This document shows positions 1 to 10,930 of a DNA stretch of 64,000 nt, one piece after another. The notes under the pieces were generated by a model, which did not search any database, had not been told where the DNA came from, and saw only the letters and a list, made by a program, of their open reading frames with translations. Position numbers and translations under genes: made by a program. Within the stretch, counting starts at the first letter, position 1. Each line of letters opens with the position of its first letter. This DNA comes from the human T2T-CHM13v2.0 reference genome, Homo sapiens: NCBI RefSeq assembly GCF_009914755.1, contig NC_060936.1; one strand, written 5' to 3'.

Positions 1-190
1 TTTTTTTATTTTCAAAGGTTTTTGAGGAACAGATCGTGTTTGGTTACATGAATAAGTTCTTTAGTGGCAATTTGTGAGATTTTGGTGTACCCATCACCTG
101 AGCAGTATATACTATACCCAATTTGTAGTCTTTTATCCCTCACCCCCTCCCACCCTTTCCCCCAAGACCCCAAAGTCCACTGCATCATTC
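1..190 (-). mobile_element. LINE-1 3' end fragment (L1PB-like), abutting the RPS3 retrocopy poly(A)
   Basis: Minus strand reads gaatgatgcagtggactttgggg...gggataaaagactacaaattggg...ctaaagaacttattcatgtaaccaaacac...aaaataaaaaaa, typical of an L1PB 3' UTR; the A-tail runs off the window start. Confidence 0.85.
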
Positions 191-898
191 TTTTTTTTTT
201 TCTGTCTTTGTACAATATTTTATTAAAGATCTTTACAGAACAACATCCAGACTCCAGAATACAGCTGCCAAGGAGACCCTGTTACGCTGTGGGGACTGGC
301 TGGGTGACGGCAGGCGGTTCTGGCTTCCCACCCTTCTGTTCTGAGATGGGGTGGTGTGCAGTATCTCATCTTTGGGTTCCACGATGCTCACGTGGTCAGG
401 CAGGGGCTTCTTAGGGCCAGTCTTACCAGTTGGGTCCCAAGGCAGCATGATCTTCACCTTGATGCCCAGCACACCCTGTCTGAGCAACACATGGCACATG
501 GCAGTGACAATGTAATAGTTAACACGGTCTCCGCTGTGGATCATCAGGCCATCCACAAAACTTCATGGATTTAGTCCTCCGTCCTCGGAGTTTCCCAGAC
601 ACCATGACCTCACAGCCTTTGGCCCCACTCTCCATGATGAATTGCAACACACCATGGCAGGCCCTCCTCACAGCAAGCCCTCCTAGGAGCTTGTAACGCA
701 GAGACTCTGCCTGGGCAATGGCACAGACCCCTAGCGGCCACCTTATCAGCATAAAGCTCTACACTGCCCTCTGGAAAACCAAACCTCTTCTCAACTGCAG
801 CAGTCAGTTCCCCAACCCACTGGCCCTTCTCACCAAGAACATTCTGTGTTCTGGTGGCTAAGATAATGATTTCTGTCCTGGTTGGTGTAAAGGAAAGG
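191..898 (-). pseudogene. RPS3: Processed pseudogene of 40S ribosomal protein S3
   Basis: Translates [22 protein letters not shown]..., [23 protein letters not shown]...[14 protein letters not shown]..., [43 protein letters not shown]. It is intronless, with stop at 282-284, 3'UTR, AATAAA at 219-224 and poly(A) at 191-201. There is a +1 frameshift at ~557-560 and a -1 frameshift at ~348-351; codons 1-41 are missing. Confidence 0.96.
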
Positions 899-904
899 CT
901 TCTA

Positions 905-1060
905 AAACTGGATTAGATAAAATTTAGAGACCAAGCGATGAAGAGCCTTACATGTCCTGCTAAAGACTTCCAATTTCATACTGAAGGCAACGGCAAGCCT
1001 TTGATGGGTTTTAAGAAGGTCTATGACATGATCAGTTTTATATTTTAAAATGGTGATCCT
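905..1060 (-). mobile_element. L2 fragment
   Basis: gagccttacatgtcctgctaaagac...gcctttgatgggttttaagaaggtctatgacatgatcagttttatattttaaaa resembles the L2 3' region. Confidence 0.6.
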
Positions 1061-1211
1061 AGAAGAAATGTATATAATTATATGTAATGCCATTTTCTTC
1101 CATAGCAAACACAACACTGGGATGTAAGGATTATTTCCTCTAAGAAGAATTAATTATCATTCCTGTCAGGCAATCATTCACTTTTTCTCTCTTAATAAAA
1201 TAATAATAATA

Positions 1212-1300
1212 ACAATAATAGCTAGTACTTTTTGAGTGTTACCATGTGCCAGGAACTTGCTAAGTGCTTCAGTGTATTAATTCATTCAATCCTCACTCAT
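1212..1300 (-). mobile_element. MIR fragment
   Basis: aataatagctagtactttttgagtgttaccatgtgccagg...gctaagtgcttc...attcaatcctcac. Confidence 0.7.
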
Positions 1301-1487
1301 ATAATCTGAGCAAGCAATTCTTGTCGAACTGGGTACTTAAAATAATGTAATTAGATTTAACCCTTTTCTGGATGAAAACCTTTCTAGTGCTCAAATCACA
1401 TATTCTTGTCTGCTCTTAGGCAAATGTACTGAACAGCTGTAGCATAAACTTTAACTCCCTTCGTCAAGCAAGACAGATAGTTACATA

Positions 1488-1640
1488 ATCACTCGTTTAT
1501 CCACTCCGATTATTGACTGAGTGTCTATCATGTGCCAGTAACTGTGCTGGGAAGATATGAGTGTATACCAGCAAGTAGTTCTCATTCCCAGGGGTTCCCA
1601 TGGCTGAATGAGGGGAGCAACCATACCAGCAATCACAAAC
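1488..1640 (-). mobile_element. L2 3' end fragment
   Basis: tattgactgagtgtctatcatgtgccagtaactgtgctgggaagata. Confidence 0.55.
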
Positions 1641-2439
1641 CTGAACCACAGTCACTGTTTCCCCCTCTGCCTAGGATTATACTGTTGGATACATCTAATA
1701 TTTGAAATTCTTATTAAAATATTTACCTACTAAGCAGTTTTGTGAGTTGATGTTCTGGTAAGAGAGAGAAAAAGACAGTGAGAGACAAAGAGAATCAATG
1801 AGCATTAGTGATGAAAATGAAGCCAAGAAAGACAGAAATCACGGGTTCATAGAGAGCCAAGGATTGGTATTTCGGCCTGTTTTCCAATAGCAAAATGAAT
1901 GAAATAACAATGGATTGTTACCTGGAGTAACTAGGTTGGAAGTGGAGGGAAAGGGGCTTAGTGAGGGGAGGGTGAACAGCTACTGTGTGGACAAGAGGTG
2001 GACCTCCCTCTGTGATATGTGGCATTTGCCTTGATTTATGCTATAAAAGGTGCAGGAAATTTTTTATACATCTAAATATTTTTTCTGTTAGATAAACTTT
2101 CTTTTGAGTTCAGATCTAAATTTAATAATCATATATACATCTAGGATATAGGATATACTATGCTTTACAGGCTGAATAACTTTATTGGAAAATTAGATAA
2201 AATCAGATAAAACAAAGAATTTGCCGTTTTACTGGAGCACTGCACAAACTACAAGGTTCACAAACCAAGACTTATGAACCATGAGCTTAAAATCATGATT
2301 TTGTAACTAAAAAGATACTGAAGTGTATCTGGAATTTCCTCTAAATTTCCAACAGCAGCAACATACCTCTGAGCTTCACCAGAAATCAACACAGAGAGGG
2401 AATGATGGCATTTTGTAGTTCTTTACTTTTTCAATTCAC

Positions 2440-2494
2440 CTGAGATGGACAGCTTCACTACTGCATCTACTCCTTACAGTCTGAACTTGACATG
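2440..2494 (-). other. Candidate 55-nt internal exon (non-coding/5'UTR) of an unidentified minus-strand transcript
   Basis: Minus strand: branch-like ctaat + ttttctccttccattcgacAG | CATGTCAAG...CCATCTCAG | GTgaat, in unique non-repeat sequence. Confidence 0.55.
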
Positions 2495-2757
2495 CTGTCG
2501 AATGGAAGGAGAAAAATTAGGTACAGAAAAAAAACACAAATCTCCCCCAAAAACTTCCCATATATAATTTTCTCTCATTCAATGTTTTTCTTCTGCACGT
2601 CATCTTTATCCTCAGTTATGTTATTAGAAGACTTATAGGAGAGTTAAATAGGCATTTGTTAAGATTGTGAAAAGTCGAAAGTTTAGATAACTTTGAAAGA
2701 TTCTTTTTGTATCTGATTTAATTGCAAGTTTTTCAATATTGGAATCGGTTGCCTTAC

Positions 2758-2864
2758 CTCTACTGCTTGAAAACACTCTTTGTTCCTATTTCTCTTGCAT
2801 GCTTCCCATTTGGAGATATTTTCTGCATCAGGCAGATTTCTTTCCCCTCTCATCCCAACAAAAT
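2758..2864 (-). other. Candidate non-coding exon (alternative acceptor would extend it to 2945)
   Basis: Donor GAG|GTAAGG at 2757. Acceptor tactgactttcctgaataccAG (2865-2866) or ctctatttccaatAG (2946-2947). The long form has stops in all three frames. Confidence 0.35.
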
Positions 2865-3202
2865 CTGGTATTCAGGAAAGTCAGTAAACAGCTCCATGAT
2901 CTCAGCATTCATTCTCTTTCATTTTCTGTGTATTCTTGATATATGCTATTGGAAATAGAGTGCCCCAAAATCCACCGTATAAGTAACCTGACTGTAGTAT
3001 ATTAATAGAAAATGAACTCTCATGGAAAGTTAGATGAATAGTTGCCTGGATAGAGATATAGGTCCTATTGTTCATACCTTCTTCTAAAATGATTTAGTGA
3101 TAATGTCCAAAATGCCTATTGTTTGGTTAGAGCCCAATCCCTGCAGATTGGTTTTGCTTTGCAGCTAGACAAAGTTAATGTCCCATATGAGAAACCATTT
3201 TG

Positions 3203-4165
3203 GATCTCAAACTATTAAGAATCCTAGAATAAAACTTAGAAAACACCAATTTGGACATTGGCCTTGGGAAAGAATTTGTGACTAAGTCTTCAAAAACAAT
3301 TGCAACAAAAATAAAAATTGACAAGTCAATGCTAATTAAGCTAAAGAGCTTCTGCACAGTATAAGAAACCATCAACAGAGTAAACAACCTTCATAATGGG
3401 AGAAAATATGTGCAAACTATACATCCAACAAAGATCTAATATCCAGAATCTGTAAGAAACTCAAACAATTGAACAAGCAGAAACCAAATAACCCCATTAA
3501 AAAAATGAGCAAAAGACATGAACAGACACTTCTCAAAAGAAGACATTCAAGCAAACTACAAACATATGAAAAATGCTCAACACCACTAATCATCAGAGAA
3601 ATGTAAATCAAAACCGCAATGAGATACCATCTCACACCAGTCAGAATGACTATTAGAAAGTCAAGAAAAAGAATGCTGGCAAGGCTGCAGAGAAAAGGGA
3701 ACACACATACACTACTGGTGGGTATGTAAATTAATTCAGCCATTGTGGAAAGTAGTTTGATTTCTCAAAGAACTTAAAACACAACTACTATTCAACCCAG
3801 CAATCCTAATTCTCTGTATATTTCTCTGTATCCAAAAGAAAATAAATCATTCCACCAAAAAGACACATATACTCATATGTTCATGCATGTTTTCACTTAT
3901 AAGTGGGAGCTAAACATTGGGTATTCATGGACATAAAGATGGCAACAATAGAAACTGGGTACTACTAGAGGAGGGAAGGAGAGAGGGAAACAAGGGCTGA
4001 AAAACTAACTATTGGGTACTATGCTCAGTACCTGGGTGATGGGATCAACCATACCCTAAACCTTAGCATCATACAATCTACCCAGGTAACAAAACTGCAC
4101 ATGTACCCCCAAATCAAAAATAAATGTTGAAATTTTAAAAATTAAAAAATAAGCAAATAAATGAA
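3203..4165 (+). mobile_element. 5'-truncated LINE-1 (L1PA15/16-like), ORF2 end plus 3'UTR, with an internal deletion near 3885
   Basis: ggacattggccttgggaaagaattt..., gagataccatctcacaccagtcagaatg, ggacataaagatggcaacaatagaaactggg...aaaactgcacatgtaccccc, A-rich tail. Confidence 0.9.
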
Positions 4166-4983
4166 ACTTTTTGAACGAGAAAAAATTCTGATTTCTAATG
4201 AAAAGCTAATCTTTGACAGCCCTTCTCTCAGTAGGAAATAGATTTTTTAAATATTATGGACTGTTTGTACTTAAATGAAACAGTTTCTGCATGAAATCTA
4301 TCATTCATATTTAAGCAGAGTGGGTAAAATTTAGTCAGAACATTGGATGGCTATTGTTTTACAATTGCTATTGTAAAAATAATAAACTCTGTTTTAACTT
4401 GCTTTGTGTAACACTTAGTAGAGGATAAGCCTTGCATTTTAAAGGCATCTAATAATGAAAAAGATGTCTTATAAGAAAAATTAGGACAATTCAAATTTTG
4501 TATTCTAGCTCTGATTTTTGCAAATTGCTTGCCCCATCTTAATTACAATGCATACTAGAGTTTTTACCTAAGGAAAAAATATATTTAATAAAAATATTGA
4601 GCACCTACCATATGTACTGCAGAGGAACCCAAAATAAAGAAGTAGTCAAGACGAAATTAACTGGTAATACACACTAACATGGCAAACAACCAACCCTGTT
4701 CATTTTTTATACCATATATATTTTAGTACATGCAGGAACCCAATCAATGAGGATCGTTAATAATTTAAATTCCAAGGGTAAAAAGAAGCCTACTTAAAAT
4801 ATAATTGGAAGAGCTTTCACATCATCCTGTTTAGATGAGCATAAACATTAACCATGAAAAGGATTAATTAAAATGAGTTTATTGTCTTTCTCTAACCCTC
4901 TGATACACTAATGTTGAAATGGAAAGGTTGCTAAGGTGTTCCACTGGTGTGGTTTCCATTCCTCACTTGTTTCAGAGATTTAC

Positions 4984-5270
4984 CTGAATAGATATCCAGT
5001 CAGAGTCACGTAAAGAAGACAGAAAGAAAAACATAAGTTCCTTTGAGGTTTGCCCTTAAAGCGCCCCTGCTTGGATTCCCCACAAGACACAACAGGGCAA
5101 ACCCATGATGGATTTGCTTTTTTCTTGCTGATACAAACTTCTAAACTTCCAGGTTCTTGGCAAAACCTGGAAACATCTCTTGTCACTAGAACAAGAAGAT
5201 CTGCTTCTTGGTCTGATTCTCTTTCCGACTCCAGCTCAACTTGACCTTTCATGATGTACACTTCCTTGTT
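4984..5270 (-). promoter_or_regulatory. Candidate alternative first exon / internal promoter
   Basis: Donor CAG|GTAAAT at 4983. Upstream on the minus strand are ETS-like AGGAAGTG (5259-5266) and NBRE-like AAAGGTCA (5242-5249), in unique sequence. The 5' boundary is unknown. Confidence 0.3.
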
Positions 5271-6419
5271 TTTCTCACAAACAGCTCTGATTCCTCTATC
5301 AGCTGGCAGACAGTGCTCATTCTGTCCAGCTTTGTTTTGGTTTGCAGAGCCTGGGAGACAGTCTATGTTTTGAATTTGCTGAATAATGCTATTATTTGGT
5401 TTATTCTTTGTATCTTCTATTTTTAGCAAAGGTTTCCATTTCTAAAAATACTCAAAATTATGATAAATATTTTGGGGATTTAGAGTTTAAACAAAATGGC
5501 TTCAACAAAAGAAAGCATTTGGAATTGTAAATTTGCATTTAAACGCTTGACCATGCTGGTATCACTTATGCGGCAATATTAAACAGCATGAGATAAATCA
5601 GAACACAGCTTGAAATTATAGGCCTAACTTATTTGATTTCATAATAATTTTAGGGTCTTTCCTTTAAAAATCAACAGCTCGAAGACGTATTTTTTCCCAG
5701 CGAATTCTCTTCTCTTTTTGAATAATGACTCTCCCATGGGTCACAGAATGGCATATATAAAAGCACTATTTCTACAATAATTATTCCTAATTTTTAAATT
5801 TAGCTAAATAACATCTGCCAGATATTTATAAGTATAAAATTAGACAAAGTCATTTAACTGAAAGCAAACTAATTTAAAATATGTAAATGAAAATGTTCTA
5901 TGCTGGACCAAGGATTTGCATATAAGTTACTATTTTGAAATGCACTTGTGTGATTGCAAGATAAAGAATTAACATGCAGCATACAGCCCTTTAGCATAGC
6001 CCTAGAAAAAGGAAAGGAACTAAGAACATAATATTCACAGTCAAACAAATTAATAAACTGGAGTATTGATCATGGGAAAGTGGAGTTGTGGAAAGAAAAG
6101 CTACTAGAGAAGATTCAATTATTCTCAAAAGAAATCATAAAATTTAAAAATTTCTAAGAAGGTGAAATTTGTTGCAACAAACAAAGCAAAAAACATTCCT
6201 AGTTTTTTTGTGTGCTAATGTTGTGATTGATAATATTAAAATTTGTGTAGCACCTTTCACATTGGAATCCCAAAAGTCTAATGATTTTTTTCTTGCACAG
6301 AACATCAAAGTTGTCCTACGATACACAGAGTAAGTTGTACCCCCTTCCTTCAGCAGAACCTCCTTTGTGGCACTTTGCCATATGTCAGCCTCTCTTCAAA
6401 GTGTATTTTTTTATTCTAA

Positions 6420-6560
6420 ATCTTCAGTGCAGCAGATTATATTTCCCTTTTAGAGATGAGAAACTAAAGTACACAAGGATTCATTAATTTGCCCAATTTT
6501 TCATAGGTAGAAAATAGTAAAGCAGAGACTTTATCCAGGTATCTGCCTGTAAAATTCACT
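6420..6560 (-). mobile_element. MIR fragment
   Basis: atttcccttttagagatgagaaactaaag...aatttgcccaa...aaagcagagactttatccaggtatctg. Confidence 0.7.
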
Positions 6561-8069
6561 AGTTTAATTGCCATGTTTTGCTGCTTCTGCTCTACCAAAT
6601 CCTTCGGGGAACCACAAGATTAGCTCCAGATTTCTAAGATGCAGTTGGCTAATACCCTGGTTCCCTGTTATCCAACTAGCCTTCGTTTTCTATGTTGAAG
6701 GACTTTGAATCTCCAGTCTAGGTCTTGGTTTCCTAACTCATCTGCTATAGAGGTAAGCTCCAGGGTCAGACTGGTTGAGTTCAATTTTCATGGGGCCACA
6801 TTATGGTTAGAAGAAGACAATGTCTCTTGTGTTTTTGTTGTAAGAGAAAATTCTCAAAATACCTCTCTAATAGCCTAGTACTATAACAAGTTCTCAAGGA
6901 ATGTATCCAAAGGCAAGTGTGAAAACTTGTTTTCTATGGATTTAGCCTGGCCCTCTCCTGTGGTAAGCTGAGTTAGGATCAATAACCTCGTCTATCTAGA
7001 CTAGTACCTAGACTCAAGAACCAGCTAGACCCGTGACAGAAAGACAGTTCTTGGCTCCTTCACAGTGAGTTCCCACTTCCTCCTCTCATCTTTATCCTTT
7101 GCACTTCTCTCTGTCTACAGGAGAGGAAGCCAGTAAGCCTTGGAGAAAGAACTCTTTTCTCTAAGGCTCAAAGCAGAGAAATGTATGAAACAATTCTCAA
7201 CTCTCAGCTATTGAATGCTTACTACATGGCTAATTCTAGAGTTGTGCATGGTCAAACATAACAACACAGCACAAAAGAAAAGCATTGTGAGAGTCACCAG
7301 AATCCATCTTAGCTTACAAGTAAGTTCACACAAATTGTACAAACTCAAATAACTATCCTAAGTTTCCTCTAAACTATTGCTTTAATCACAGCAGAAGGCT
7401 CTCAAAGCTACTGACAGCCAGCAGTTGCAGAGTCGAATGCAGTCTGACTGGCCACCTGTTGTGAGGTAGAAGCCAGGAATAAATGTGAGTAAAATCAACT
7501 TTATTAGTCAGAAAAAGAGACATCTGCCATAACAGTCAGTACAACCACCCAAAAGGACAAACTATAGTCCAAACTACTTCCCAGTTCCTGTTTGCTTCTC
7601 TTCAACCCTCCTTCACATCTAATATAGGAATATCTGCCATTTACTATCTGTATGCTACCACAGCATAATTATTTTTACTTTTTCAAGTATAGGCTAAAAT
7701 ACATGTATTTAATATGTAACTAATAGATATGCATTAGAAAATTTATAAAGAGATTTTTTAACTGAATAATATGTTAAATACTAAAAACGGAAAATGTCCT
7801 CACCATATTTAATTTTTTAATTAAAAATTAGGTGACATTTTAACTTTCACTAACTGGTTTTAAAAATCCTTTTGTTTTGATTCTAAATGAAATCAGGCAA
7901 GCTATCTCAAAGCATTCAGTTACGATTTATAATCTGTAAGGGAAGCTCCCAGTGGAAGCAGGGTTTCACTTGACGGAAAGAAGAAAACCATTAATTGTGA
8001 AACACCTAGCATGTGTCTGATGTGCTGGACAGATTTAACTACATGTTATCTTTTTAACATTAATATTAT

Positions 8070-8190
8070 GCTTGTTAGGGAGGTGTTATCAGAACCATTT
8101 TATTGATAAGAAAATTATGTTTCTGAAAAGTTAACAAACTCATCTAAGGTCACATAGCTAATAATTAGCAGGTTGTCTGCTTGCAGAGCT
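8070..8190 (-). mobile_element. MIR fragment
   Basis: ccattttattgataagaaaattatg...ctaaggtcacatagctaataa. Confidence 0.65.
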
Positions 8191-8523
8191 GCCAACCCTA
8201 GTAAACAGCACAGTATACAGTTTCCATGTCCCATGCCTGAGGAACTTAAACTGATGTGATAAGATGGCTAAGTATCAGAAAATATGGCAGAACATGCCAT
8301 AATGACATTATAAACAATTACTTTTTTAAAAAAGCCAAAACATGGATTACTTGGATTATAAAGGCAAAGGAAAGTGCAATCACCCTGTACTTCTATATCA
8401 CCATCACCTCATTAGTTAAGTACAGGTCAAGGTCTCCCTAGAATAACAATGAACCCAGGTGAGGAGAGTTGACTCCAGCCCTCATGATCATGCCCACACG
8501 GAAGAACCACATTAAATGTCTTC

Positions 8524-8526
<3 letters not shown>

Positions 8527-8562
<36 letters not shown>

Positions 8563-8580
8563 ATGCAGACACACACACAC
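8527..8580. repeat. Compound microsatellite (TC)n + (AC)n
   Basis: Directly visible. Confidence 0.95.
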
Positions 8581-8889
8581 CCCATGCAGGACTCTAGAGA
8601 AGTTTCTAGAGAGTCAAGATAAGGATAGCAACATTACCACAGCAATGTCTGAAAGAAAAACGATCTTAGAATTAACACAGGGCACTGCTTTCAGAGCTTC
8701 ATTTACCTCCCATTGAGGTCTCATCTGGCTCCTCATGTAAATAAGGAATAATCACAACTACCTCTTCCATGAAGTCACCCAAGTGTATTTTAGGAACGTA
8801 AAGGCACAAAATCTAACTTATTATCAGCCACTGCTGAGGAGGAAAAGCTCAGAAAGGATCAAAGACACACTGGCATCCTTGGGGACCCA

Positions 8890-9460
8890 AAGATAGTGGT
8901 CAGAGTAGAATGCCTGAAACTGAGATGAAGACGGGGTTGCCATTACTGATAAGGTCTGGGTATGAGTGAGGAAGCAATTCACTGAGGTTGGAAGATAAGG
9001 TCATGGAGAAGTGGAATCCTAGGAACTGGGAGTGTGTAAGAAGGATCATCTATATACATATTTAAATGGCCCCGAATTGAGATAATGTTAATATGGGAGA
9101 AATAGAATAAGCCACAAGAGAAGATTGCTAGGTAAAGAGGAGAGAGGACCCAAGGGTAGGGTAGGCAAAAGAAACAAAAGTAGTGTAAGGGAGTTTAAGA
9201 GAAAGGCAAGAGCATGATCTGAAAACCACAATGACAAACAAGGAAGACATCTATTCTACTCCCAAGCCTAGTGGTATGAAGTATGGTTGTAAGTGGGAAA
9301 AACAGCCACCTCTTGTCAGGCTTGCAGTGAAAGCAGCAACCTTAGGGAGAGCCAGTTGTCAGAGCAAGAAGGTGAAAGGAATATTTCAAGAAAAATCTGA
9401 AACTATAGAAGACTTTGCTGAAAATGGTCCATGGACTCTAGAAAGTATAGAGAGAATGGA
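8890..9460 (-). mobile_element. L2 internal (ORF2) fragment
   Basis: gaaggatcatctatatacatattt, aaaacagccacctcttg...gcttgcagtgaaagcagcaaccttagggagagccag...agagcaagaaggtgaaaggaatatttcaag match the L2 endonuclease region. Confidence 0.7.
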
Positions 9461-9811
9461 ACATGATGGGGTGGGACCTGGGAAACAGAGGTTTGTTGTT
9501 GTTGTTGTTACTGACTTGAGGTTAAGGACACAATGAAATTTGTCTCAATAAATTCAAAGCAAATGGTAAAGGTAAGGCTTTGGGTTTCAGAAGTAGGAGT
9601 AACGGGTTTCTGGAGCTTCCTCTTCACCCTTAATGATGCACGCAGAAGTTATAGAGGAGGTGTGGCCTTAATCTCAGGGCACATCAGCTCCTCACTACAA
9701 CCCTTATATGGTAGGTACTATTATTATTTCCACTTTTACTTATTAAAGAGAGAATGACCATGATAACTCTAGACTGTACCTAAAGCTCCATGGTAAAGGA
9801 GTCGTGGACTG

Positions 9812-10287
9812 TGTGATGTTTAATACTGAGTGTCAATTTGATTGGATTGAAGGATGCAAAGTATTGATCCTGGGTGTGTCTGTGAGGGTGTTCCCAAAGG
9901 AGATTAACATCTGAGTCAATGGGCTGGGAAAGGCAGACCCATCCTTAATCTGGGTGGTCACCATCTAAGAAACTACTAGTGCAGAAAGAATATAAAGCAG
10001 GCAGAAAAATGTGAAAAGAGAGACTGGCCTAGCCTCCCAGCCTACATCTTTCTCCCATGCTGGATGCTTCCTGCCCTGGAACATAAGACTCCAAGTTCTT
10101 CAGTTTTTGGGAATCAGACTGGCTCTCTTTGCTCCTCAGCCTGCAGACGGCCTATTGTGGGACCCCGTGATCATGTGAGTTAATACTTAATAAACTCCCC
10201 TTTATATATATATATGCATAGAGACACACAAACACACACACACACATCCTATTAGTTCTGTCCCTCTAAAGAGCCCTGACTAATACA
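9812..10287 (+). mobile_element. Solo LTR, MLT2A (MLT2A1-like, ERVL)
   Basis: tgtgatgtttaatactgagtgtcaatttgattggattgaaggatgcaaagtattgatcctggg ... cctattagttctgtccctctaaagagccctgactaataca; TG...CA ends. Confidence 0.92.
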
Positions 10288-10699
10288 GTAAGAGCTGAGT
10301 TGTCTGTTTTAGGGTGTAGGGCCAAGGAGGCTCTTGAAGGCAGACAAAGTCAAAGAAAAGTATAAAGAATGACATTTACCTGTATATATATACACTTTGA
10401 GAACTTGGGGATCACAATTATAGTAGTCAACTACACTACGAATTTCTCCCTTTCAACAAAAACCCTACGACCTCCATGTTCCAGAACAGTGCCACCTCTG
10501 TTGATATATATGTTGTAACATCTGAAGCATAATTTGAATATTTATGGTGGCCTACTTTATTGTTAGTCTTAATTATGTTTTAGAGTAGTCTAATATTTTC
10601 AGGATGACTTTTCCAGACCAATTTAGTTTATCCGATAAGAAAATTTAGCTAGTATATTATGAGAAATATTGTAAAACGTTATTTCTTCTTAACATTAGC

Positions 10700-10930
10700 A
10701 AAGATTTTAACAAGGCCCTGCTTGCCTCCTATTATCAGACTGGGGAAACATGGTTTATAACTTAAATAACATTGAAAATTTGGCTGAAAAGTGCACTTAA
10801 AAAGCAGTTATTGATGGCACAATACCAACCTGGAAAAGTATAGCATGTGTAAGTCCAAGAGATCACGGTGAATGATGAATTGCAAACATCTCTCTTGGCA
10901 ATTTTAACAATAACATAATGTTTAAAATAT
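10700..10930 (+). mobile_element. Ancient L3/CR1 LINE fragment
   Basis: gattttaacaaggcc...tggctgaaaagtgcacttaaaaagcagttattgatggcacaataccaacctggaaaag resembles the CR1 RT region. Confidence 0.5.

Noticed and set aside
233-752. ORFs 233-556 and 519-752 as a functional RPS3 gene
   Set aside because: Two frameshifts, a missing N-terminus, no introns and a genomic poly(A) identify it as a processed pseudogene.
1947-1972. G-quadruplex-like G-runs (also the L1 3'UTR G-tract at ~22186-22203)
   Set aside because: The first is marginal (8-nt loop) and the second is a standard L1 feature; there is no locus-specific support.
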